Shown here piece after piece: positions 5,995-13,866 of a DNA stretch of 23,861 nt (its first letter is position 1; each line of letters begins with the position of its first letter). This DNA is from a virus (lineage: Duplodnaviria > Heunggongvirae > Uroviricota > Caudoviricetes). The stretch spans positions 1-23,861 of the IMG/VR virus record IMGVR_UViG_2579778956_000004; one strand, written 5' to 3'. The position numbers and the translations under genes were made by a program. Below the pieces are notes generated by a model. The model had not been told where the DNA came from and made no database searches. It saw only the letters and a program-made list of their open reading frames with translations.

Positions 5995-8510
5995 ACAACG
6001 TTTTTACCGCGATACAAAACCGTGACGGAGAAGCCCTTTCTCGCATGTCAGGTTATGAGCATCAGTACACCAACAATGACAACGTGGTGAACATGTCAGC
6101 AGAGAGGCTTGTTGATGCCCTTTTCAAACAGCTGAAACAACTGTTTCCGGCGGCAGTGGTAACCAACCTGAAGACGCCAGAGCAGGAAGTTGCTGCAAAA
6201 CAGCAGTGGATTGCTGCGTTTGCCGAAGGTGGGATCCGAACCCGTGAACAGGTTTCTGCTGGTATGCGCCACGCCCGCGCCAGTGAATCTCCGTTCTGGC
6301 CGTCGCCAGGGCAATTCATCAAGTGGTGCAAAGACAGCAAGATGGTTCTTGGCGTCACCATTGACGATGTGATGGCGGAGTTTCACCGGTACAGCAAGGA
6401 AAAAAGTTTATATCCTGGTGGTCCCGAAAGATTCCCGTGGCGGCATCCGGTTATGTACTGGGTCGTATGTGATACCCGCCGTGCAATGTATCAGCGCCAG
6501 CTTAGCGAGATTGAGGTTGAGAAACACGCGCGCAGGCTGCTCGATGATTGGGCGAAAAAGGTGGCTTCCGGACAGCAGATACCCGATCCGGTGATCAGCA
6601 TACAGGCAAAGCCAGAGCCCATGAGTACACCTCCGGACACAGGGAGAGACGTTTACCATCCACCAGGGCGAAGTTTCGGGTGCATGCCTAACGCCGCTAT
6701 TCGCCGTGCAGATAGTAACTACTATCGCGCCGTTACAGCAGGCAAAACAGGTACTTTGCGCCCTTCGCATACAGAAGGCACATCATGGGATGGCTGGGGC
6801 GGATCCGGTGATGATGACACTGGCATTGAGTGGGAATATCTGCACAGTGGTTTTGGCATTGCCCGTATCACTGCTGCAAATGGAACTACTGCAACTGCCG
6901 AGGTGATTTCCTATATCCCTTCGCAGGTAGTTGGCGAGGATAATGCCAGCTATAAATGGGCTAAATATGCCTGGAACAGTGTTAATGGTTATCCTGGCAC
7001 TGTTGTTTATTATCAACAACGTCTTTACTTCGCCGCATCGACTGCGTTCCCTCAGACTATCTGGGCCAGCCGTACTGGGGATTATAAGGATTTTGGCAAA
7101 AGCAATCCTACGCAGGATGACGACAGAATTATCTACACCTATGCCGGGCGTCAGGTTAATGAGATCCGTCACCTGATTGATGTTGGTTCGCTGGTGGCAC
7201 TGACTTCCGGAGGTGAGTACGTCATCACCGGCGACCAGAACAAAGTGTTAACCCCATCATCATTTGCATTCAGCTCTCAGGGATCAAATGGCTCAAGCAA
7301 CGTCCCGCCAATTGCCGTGGCGAATATTGCTTTGTTCGTCCAGGAGAAAGGCAGTGTTGTACGTGATCTGGCCTACTCATTCGATGTTGACGGCTATCAG
7401 GGGAACGACCTGACCATCCTTGCCAATCATCTTTTTCAGAAGCACAGCATTGTTGACTGGTGCTTCTCGATTGTCCCTTACTCCAGCGCCTTCTGCATTC
7501 GTGATGACGGTAAATTGCTGGTGATGACCTATTTGCGTGATCAGCAGGTTTTTGCATGGGCACCACAATCCAGTACCGGGAAATATGAAAGCACATGCAG
7601 TATCAGCGAAGGCAATGAAGATGCGGTGTATTTCGTCGTTAACCGAACCGTTAACGGGCAAACAGTGAGATACATAGAGCGACTGTCCAGCCGTTTATTT
7701 ACCAGCGATGAAGATGCTTTCTTTGTTGATTCTGGCCTTAGCTATGATGGAAGAAATACGTCTGACAGAACGATGACCATCACTGGTGGTTCTGGTGAAT
7801 GGGATTACCGCGCGGAATATACAATCAGTATTTCTGGTGGTGCGTACTTCACCAGTAGTGATGTCGGCGCGCAACTACAGTTCCCTTATGCCGGAACTGA
7901 TCCTGATACTGGCGATGAAGTGTCAAAAGAATTACGTTGCGACATTATTTCTGTAACCAGCAATACCGCTGTAGTGGTTCGTGCTAACAGGAACGTCCCG
8001 CCATCCCTCAGGAATGTGGCCACCACGAACTGGCAGATGGCGCGCCGGACATTTGGCGGCTTGTCTCATCTTGAAGGCCAGACCGTAAACATCCTCTCTG
8101 ATGCGAACGTGGAACCACAGAAAGTGGTTTCCGGAGGTGCCGTCACGCTGGAATCTCCGGGGGCTGTAGTGCACATCGGCCTGCCAATAACTGCTGAATT
8201 CGAAACACTGGATATCAACATTAACGGACAGGAAACGCTGCTGGACAAAAAACAGGTGATCCCGTCCGTTACTCTGGTTGTGAATGCCAGTCGCGGCATC
8301 TGGGCGACTACGCCCGGCGGTAAATGGTACGAATATCCACAGCGTGAATTCGAGTTCTACGATGATCCTGTTGATGACGCTACCGGAAAAGTAGAAGTAA
8401 AACTGGACAGTAACTGGGGCAAAAACGGACGTGTAAGAATCCGTCAGCTTGACCCGTTGCCGCTGTCTGTTCTTGCCGTTATTCCTCGTCTTACTGTTGG
8501 GGGATTCTGA
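5991..8510 (+). CDS. Chimeric ORF: lambda-P-like replication protein N-terminal region continuous with about 600 aa of structural-type (tail-tube-like?) sequence
   Basis: Start assigned to GTG 5991, with SD GGGAGGA 6 nt upstream and coupled to the O-like stop. The first ~215 aa include KQQWIAAFAEGGIRTREQVSAGMRHARASESPFWPSPGQFIKWC, which closely parallels lambda P as I recall it (RQWVLAFRENGITTMEQVNAGMRVARRQNRPFLPSPGQFVAWC). The remainder is a Gly/Ser/Thr-rich sequence with no intervening stop, and its stop overlaps the next gene start. Confidence 0.6.
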   Translation: MNNVFTAIQNRDGEALSRMSGYEHQYTNNDNVVNMSAERLVDALFKQLKQLFPAAVVTNLKTPEQEVAAKQQWIAAFAEGGIRTREQVSAGMRHARASESPFWPSPGQFIKWCKDSKMVLGVTIDDVMAEFHRYSKEKSLYPGGPERFPWRHPVMYWVVCDTRRAMYQRQLSEIEVEKHARRLLDDWAKKVASGQQIPDPVISIQAKPEPMSTPPDTGRDVYHPPGRSFGCMPNAAIRRADSNYYRAVTAGKTGTLRPSHTEGTSWDGWGGSGDDDTGIEWEYLHSGFGIARITAANGTTATAEVISYIPSQVVGEDNASYKWAKYAWNSVNGYPGTVVYYQQRLYFAASTAFPQTIWASRTGDYKDFGKSNPTQDDDRIIYTYAGRQVNEIRHLIDVGSLVALTSGGEYVITGDQNKVLTPSSFAFSSQGSNGSSNVPPIAVANIALFVQEKGSVVRDLAYSFDVDGYQGNDLTILANHLFQKHSIVDWCFSIVPYSSAFCIRDDGKLLVMTYLRDQQVFAWAPQSSTGKYESTCSISEGNEDAVYFVVNRTVNGQTVRYIERLSSRLFTSDEDAFFVDSGLSYDGRNTSDRTMTITGGSGEWDYRAEYTISISGGAYFTSSDVGAQLQFPYAGTDPDTGDEVSKELRCDIISVTSNTAVVVRANRNVPPSLRNVATTNWQMARRTFGGLSHLEGQTVNILSDANVEPQKVVSGGAVTLESPGAVVHIGLPITAEFETLDININGQETLLDKKQVIPSVTLVVNASRGIWATTPGGKWYEYPQREFEFYDDPVDDATGKVEVKLDSNWGKNGRVRIRQLDPLPLSVLAVIPRLTVGGF

Positions 8511-8974
8511 TGATCGATGTTCGAATTATTCCCGCTACCGAAGAGCATCTTCAGATGATTTTGCCGGATGTTCGTCAGGCTGATATTGACGAACTGTATG
8601 CGGTATCACTGATGACTACCGAAGATGCGCTGCGTGTTGGTCTGCGTACTGCGACTATGGCCTGGTCAGGATTTGCGAACGGAGAACTGGTAACCATGTT
8701 TGGCGTATCTCCGGCGTCAATGATCGGTGGCAATGGTACGCCCTGGCTGGTCGGAACCAGCCGTATTGAAAAATATCAGAAGACATTTCTTCGCCACTGC
8801 CGCCCTGTATTGCAGCAGATGCTGGCAGTTTATCCGCGCCTGGAAAACTATGTCGACGAGCGAAACCATGTTGCCAAAGCATGGCTGCACTGGCTTGGAT
8901 TCAGGCTTGAAGAAGCCGCGCCTTATGGTGCACTTGGTCTTAATTTCCACAGATTTCACATGGAGAGCAAATAA
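8510..8974 (+). CDS. Small virion-associated protein, T7 gp13-like by position and size (hypothetical)
   Basis: 154-aa ORF whose ATG overlaps the upstream stop (TGATG). Position and size match the gp13 slot of a T7-like gp12-gp17 series. No motif recognised. Confidence 0.45.
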   Translation: MIDVRIIPATEEHLQMILPDVRQADIDELYAVSLMTTEDALRVGLRTATMAWSGFANGELVTMFGVSPASMIGGNGTPWLVGTSRIEKYQKTFLRHCRPVLQQMLAVYPRLENYVDERNHVAKAWLHWLGFRLEEAAPYGALGLNFHRFHMESK

Positions 8975-9549
8975 TGTGCGATCCGGTTATTGCTGGTGGC
9001 GCAATGCTCGCCATGAGTGGCATTCAGGCATACACCCAGTACCAACAGGGAAAGTATGCCTCGAAGGTTGCAGAAGCGAACGCAGATATAGCCACAGCTC
9101 AGGCAAATGATGCAATAAACAGAGGTAACGCTGAAGCTGAGCAACGGCGCAGAGAGACCCGACAGCGGCTTGGTACACAGGCAGCGACAATGGGGGCTAC
9201 CGGCGCTGATTTATCTACAGGTAACGCGCTGGATATATTTGGTGACACTGCTCAGTTTGGCGCTCTTGATTCGCTAACGACGGTGAATAACGCGCAACGC
9301 GAGGCTTACGGTTATCAGGTTCAGGCTGCCAACTATAAAGCAGAAGCCAGTTCAGCCCGTAAACAGGGGAATGTGGGAGCAGCAACAACTTTACTCACTG
9401 CGCCTCTGAAGGCATACGGTGCGTACCAGATGTTTGGTGGGACGTGGAGTCCGTTCTCTAAAGGAAGTACATCTAGTGGTGGGACGCCAATGTTATCTAA
9501 CTCAGGTTTTATGAATTCTGACTCCCGATTCAAAATAGGAGGTTACTGA
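8974..9549 (+). CDS. Internal virion protein, T7 gp14-like
   Basis: 191 aa, begins MCDPVIAGGAMLAMSGIQAYTQYQQGKYASKVAEANADIATAQ. Ala/Gln-rich with an N-terminal Met-Cys, similar in size and composition to T7 gp14 as recalled. Start overlaps upstream stop (TAATG); SD GGAGAG. Confidence 0.5.
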   Translation: MCDPVIAGGAMLAMSGIQAYTQYQQGKYASKVAEANADIATAQANDAINRGNAEAEQRRRETRQRLGTQAATMGATGADLSTGNALDIFGDTAQFGALDSLTTVNNAQREAYGYQVQAANYKAEASSARKQGNVGAATTLLTAPLKAYGAYQMFGGTWSPFSKGSTSSGGTPMLSNSGFMNSDSRFKIGGY

Positions 9550-12062
9550 TGCCTGTTGTTCCTACTACATCCGGACGCCAGGTTGAGAGCCGTGGAGTTC
9601 AGTCAGCAGGCTTGCAGACGTTTTCTCAGCCAGGTATTGGTGATGCTTTTGTTCGGGCAGGGACAGAGGCAATTGATGTTTTGGGGCAGGCAAAACAGCG
9701 TGCCAATATCGCTCTGGCTCAGGAGGCATCTCTTAACCTCAGTCAGATAAGCAGTGATCTGCTGAATAACCCTGAAACAGGTTTGCTTAACCTGAAAGGG
9801 AAAAATGCTATTGGAAAAGGCCATGAGTATACGCAGCAGTTTGATGCTCAGGTCGAACAACTGGCTATGTCGCTGCCGGATGAACAGGCTCGTAATGCTT
9901 TCATGCAGCAGGCGCAGCAGCAGCGCATTCAGTTCACTACGCAGGCCGGGCGGCACGAGATAGGGCAAATTAATGCCTACGAAGAAGGTCAGTTTCAGGC
10001 GACGCTGCTGAACAATGGTAAAAATGCCGCAGCATTGTATGGCGACAATGCCGCATACGTATTGGCTAATAAGCAAACTTTCCAGCAAATTGAGGAGTAC
10101 GGTGCTGCACATGGCTGGAGCGACGAGCAAATACAGGCCAAGAAAATCGAGTTTAAAGAGAAGGTTGCTGATGCAGCATTGTCCCAGTGGTCGGCAAACA
10201 ATGCGACCGCATTCATCCAAAGTAATGGCGAGTTAAGTGATACTGCTGCTGGAGCTCGCCGTGCTGTAACAGATAGTGGCTCTTCCGAGCGTGTCCGTGG
10301 CATACGCAACAATAACCCCGGAAATCTCGAATATAGCAAAACTAATCCGTGGGTAGGCCAGACCGGTGATGATGGTAGATTTGCTAAATTCGAAACACCT
10401 GAACACGGGATTCGTGCATTAGGGCGGAACCTGATGTCGTATCAGCGGCAGGGTATTGATACCGTCAGCGAGATAATTAATCGCTGGGCACCGCCTACTG
10501 ATAAAAATGACACTATGTCGTATATCAAAGCAGTGTGCGAACAACTTGGCGTTTCTGCTGATGAGCCTCTCGATGCATCAAATCCTGATACCCTGAAGGC
10601 GCTTTGTGCAGCCATTATCCATCATGAGAACGGTAGCCAGCCATACAGTGATCAGCAGTTAACTGCTGGTGTCAGTGCAGCACTTGGTTTATCAACAATT
10701 CCAACCAACACCAAACGCTATACCGGTAATGCAGCATTCGATGCGGCATCTCCTGAGGCTCAGGCAAGTTTTATGCGGCAGGCGGATCAACTGCGTCGGC
10801 AGCAGCAGGCTGAATATAAAACGATGATTGACAGCCAGGTTCGCGATGCGACGGCTGCGTATATGCGTGGCGTTGAATTTCCTAACCCACCTGGTGAGGC
10901 TGATTTTATTGCAGCTTATGGAGTCAGAGAAGGAAACCTGCGATATACCGAGTTTAAGAATACGCAGATCGCCGGACAGTATATAGGCTCTTTCCGCAAC
11001 ATGCCGACAAGCAGCATTACAGCATATGTTGAGCAATTACGCCCGGATACTGGTGAAACAGGGGAGGGGTATGCGGCACGCGCAGCTCTTTATGACAACG
11101 TTGTTTCGGCTGCAAATCAGGTGATAAAGCAGCGGCAGTCGGATCCTGTGCAGTTCTCTCTTGCCTCCGGACAGACAAAGCCTATCGACATGAGCAATAA
11201 GGATAACTTTGGACAGAGCGTTGCCTTGCGTGCCGCTCAGGTCAGTGACCTTGCTAAGTCATATGGCACTCCACTGACGTTCTTTTCCAAAGACGAGGCC
11301 AATCAGATCGGTGTTTTCTTTCGTGATGCTCCAGTTTCCCAACAGGCAGCATATCTCGATACCATCAGGCAGAGCACTGGTGGTGGGCAGGTGTATATGT
11401 CAGCACTACAGCAGATCAGTGCCAACGCTCCATCTGCTGCCGTTGCCGGGATACTGATGGATAAGCCAGGTGGTATTTTGGCAGAAAAAAACTGGTTTAA
11501 TCCGGATGTTTCCGTGTCTCCTGAAACCGCTGCGCAGACAATTCTTGCTGGCGCGGCGGCTCGTAAAGGTACTGATGACGCGAAAGGTATTCCGATGCCT
11601 AAAGATGCTGATCTCCGCCTTGAGTTTTCTGACATGGTGAAGGATGCATTTGCTGGTGATGCTCAGGGGGCATCAATGGCATACGAGATCGCAAAGGACT
11701 ATTACGCTGGTGTGATGGCGAAAAAAGGCGTGGTATCAGGCGAAATTGACAATGATATCTGGAAACAGGCTGTTAACGTAGCTACAGGTGGCGTGCATGA
11801 CTATAACGGAATGGGGAATGTTCTTTTGCCGTGGGGAATGTCTGCAGAGCAATTCGATAAGCAGGTTAATCAGGCTTGGAATGAACAAGTTGTTGGCACA
11901 GGGATAAAAACACCGCCTGGTCAGTATGGTTTGCAAAGTTACGGCGATAGTCAGTACCTGGTGAAACTTGGTACTGGTTATCTGCTAAAAGATGATGGTT
12001 CTCCCGTTGTTCTTGATCTGACACAGAAGCGTCAGAGATTCTCCGGAGATATTCCGCAATGA
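9549..12062 (+). CDS. Large internal virion / ejection protein (T7 gp15/gp16-like) with a possible cell-wall-hydrolase-like segment
   Basis: 837 aa; SD AGGAGG; start overlaps upstream stop (TGATG). Residues ~250-350 contain RGIRNNNPGNLEYSKTNPWVGQTGDDGRFAKFETPEHGIRALGRNLMSY, which looks like a conserved enzymatic module, but I cannot assign the family without a search. Confidence 0.6.
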   Translation: MPVVPTTSGRQVESRGVQSAGLQTFSQPGIGDAFVRAGTEAIDVLGQAKQRANIALAQEASLNLSQISSDLLNNPETGLLNLKGKNAIGKGHEYTQQFDAQVEQLAMSLPDEQARNAFMQQAQQQRIQFTTQAGRHEIGQINAYEEGQFQATLLNNGKNAAALYGDNAAYVLANKQTFQQIEEYGAAHGWSDEQIQAKKIEFKEKVADAALSQWSANNATAFIQSNGELSDTAAGARRAVTDSGSSERVRGIRNNNPGNLEYSKTNPWVGQTGDDGRFAKFETPEHGIRALGRNLMSYQRQGIDTVSEIINRWAPPTDKNDTMSYIKAVCEQLGVSADEPLDASNPDTLKALCAAIIHHENGSQPYSDQQLTAGVSAALGLSTIPTNTKRYTGNAAFDAASPEAQASFMRQADQLRRQQQAEYKTMIDSQVRDATAAYMRGVEFPNPPGEADFIAAYGVREGNLRYTEFKNTQIAGQYIGSFRNMPTSSITAYVEQLRPDTGETGEGYAARAALYDNVVSAANQVIKQRQSDPVQFSLASGQTKPIDMSNKDNFGQSVALRAAQVSDLAKSYGTPLTFFSKDEANQIGVFFRDAPVSQQAAYLDTIRQSTGGGQVYMSALQQISANAPSAAVAGILMDKPGGILAEKNWFNPDVSVSPETAAQTILAGAAARKGTDDAKGIPMPKDADLRLEFSDMVKDAFAGDAQGASMAYEIAKDYYAGVMAKKGVVSGEIDNDIWKQAVNVATGGVHDYNGMGNVLLPWGMSAEQFDKQVNQAWNEQVVGTGIKTPPGQYGLQSYGDSQYLVKLGTGYLLKDDGSPVVLDLTQKRQRFSGDIPQ

Positions 12063-13861
12063 GTTACTTTGGCCTTAATCCAGTAAACCAGAATCAGCAG
12101 CTTGACGAAGCAGCATCAAATCCAGCTGGCTTTAACAGCGATGTTGGTTTTTTCGACAATGCTGTAGGAGCGGCATTGTCTGGTTTGTACTCCGGGCTGG
12201 TGGCAAAGCCAGATCAGTTGCTCTGGGCAGGGATGGATAAAATCGTATCCCCGATTGCTCAGTTTGTTAACGAAAACACCTCGCTCAATGACACTTCAGT
12301 TTCATACGTTGCCGAGCAGAGAAAACTAGCAGAGCAGCAGGTTAAGCGGCTGACGCCTGATGCCGCGACAACCGGAACCGCCGGGCAGGTTCTTTATGGG
12401 TTGTTCGATATGGGCGGGCAGGCTGTTGTCGGTACAACGCTCGGTGGTCCTGTCGGAGGTGCAGCGGCGGTAACTTCGCTACAGGGTTTTTCTGAGTTTG
12501 AACGGCTGACAGCACAGGGTGTTGATTTCAGGACGGCGCAGGAAGCGGGATTAGTGCAGGGCATTACTGCTGGTGCCGGAACACTGATCCCTATGAGCCT
12601 CGGGTTACGTGCTGGTGGTGCGCTGGCGGAAGGTGTGGCGGCTCAGCTTGCGCGGACGGGTGAGAGTTCAGTGCGACGCGCCGCAGCAACAGCAGTACGT
12701 GCAACGCCAGATATTGCCTATGCCGCAGGTACAAATATTGCGTTCGGTATGGCACAGCGTGGGCTTACTGCAAAAACACTTCGTGATGGTGGCTATAGCG
12801 AAATGGCTAACCAGTATGATGTGTTGGATCGACAGGCAATTGCTATTGATGCTGTTCTTGGGGTGGCGTTTGGTGGTGTCGGCAGATTTATTAACTCTCG
12901 CGGCGAGTCTACAAACGCACCAAATTTTTCACCAGTTGATATCGATGCTGCACTGGCGGCGAATGCCGCTCATCATGCTGAAATTGATATTGCGCCCGGC
13001 GTGCCGATCAACGTGCTTTCGCGCAATTCTCACATTCAGGCTCTGCGAAAAGCTATGTCTGATGTTAGCCAGGGGAGACCTGTAGACGTTGCCAGCATTG
13101 TTGAGTCTGCATCTTTCAGTGAAATTCCTGGGCGCAAGAGTCTGCTGTCTCAGGCAGTTAATGAGGCTCTGTCATCTGTAGATGATGGAGTAACGGCGCG
13201 CGCTATAGAAAATCGGTTGCTTGAAGAACAGGCCGCGCAGCTTTTGCCGCGTGGAGATAGACAGGTTTACCAGTCTGAAATCGCTAATAGCCAACGAATT
13301 ATTGAAAATCTCACTGAACAGCGTGCACAAATTCTTGCAGAAGAGCCAACCGGTAGCGGTAAAGCTTTGTCTCGTGCTCGATCAGATAAACAGGCCAGAC
13401 TTCGCGATATTGATCAACGAATCCGGCAGGCACAAGAACGCCTGGAATTTTCCCGTAACGCGTTGGCACCGCACGAGCCTGGCGGTCAGTTTTTTGAAGC
13501 TCGAGCAGAACTGGCTCGGAGACAGCAGGCAGAAAGTGAACTTAATGCTCAGGCTGTTTCATTCTATAAAACAGCAGAGGTCAGGACGCCAGACGAAGTA
13601 GCTCCTTTTGAGCCTGATAAAATATTGCAACAGGCAGAACAAAAAATGATGTCAGATCCGGCAGGAGATATTGATCTGCGCATAGCTGAAGACTCGCTGC
13701 TTGAATCACCTGACATGATAATCACCGTGCTGGATGATGATGGTAATCCACAATCGCGCAGTGCGCGTGAAGTACTGGATGAAGCGAACAGGGAAAGTGA
13801 GCAGGCAATACAGGATTCCAGCCTGTTTGATGTTGCTGTGGCGTGTTTCTTGAGAGGTTAA
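12059..13861 (+). CDS. Large internal virion / ejection protein (Gly/Ala-rich)
   Basis: 600 aa; start overlaps upstream stop (ATGA). The N-terminal half is Gly/Ala-rich and hydrophobic (GTTLGGPVGGAAAVTSLQG...), the C-terminal half charged and coiled-coil-like. Consistent with a core/ejection protein. Confidence 0.55.
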   Translation: MSYFGLNPVNQNQQLDEAASNPAGFNSDVGFFDNAVGAALSGLYSGLVAKPDQLLWAGMDKIVSPIAQFVNENTSLNDTSVSYVAEQRKLAEQQVKRLTPDAATTGTAGQVLYGLFDMGGQAVVGTTLGGPVGGAAAVTSLQGFSEFERLTAQGVDFRTAQEAGLVQGITAGAGTLIPMSLGLRAGGALAEGVAAQLARTGESSVRRAAATAVRATPDIAYAAGTNIAFGMAQRGLTAKTLRDGGYSEMANQYDVLDRQAIAIDAVLGVAFGGVGRFINSRGESTNAPNFSPVDIDAALAANAAHHAEIDIAPGVPINVLSRNSHIQALRKAMSDVSQGRPVDVASIVESASFSEIPGRKSLLSQAVNEALSSVDDGVTARAIENRLLEEQAAQLLPRGDRQVYQSEIANSQRIIENLTEQRAQILAEEPTGSGKALSRARSDKQARLRDIDQRIRQAQERLEFSRNALAPHEPGGQFFEARAELARRQQAESELNAQAVSFYKTAEVRTPDEVAPFEPDKILQQAEQKMMSDPAGDIDLRIAEDSLLESPDMIITVLDDDGNPQSRSAREVLDEANRESEQAIQDSSLFDVAVACFLRG

Positions 13862-13866
13862 ATTAA

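Noticed and set aside
6700-6760. Walker-A-like AVTAGKTG in the chimeric ORF, as a hint of a fused helicase/ATPase
   Set aside because: It does not fit GxxxxGK[ST] (no Gly at the required upstream position) and no Walker B or other helicase motifs follow.
9603-10220. 205-aa minus-strand ORF, and similar antisense or alternate-frame ORFs (e.g. 6408-6770, 6783-7172, 7270-7596, 12609-13085, 14892-15353, 21465-22121)
   Set aside because: Each lies wholly inside a long, tightly coupled plus-strand gene with clear protein-like sequence. They show low-complexity or odd composition and no SD, so they are most likely shadow ORFs.
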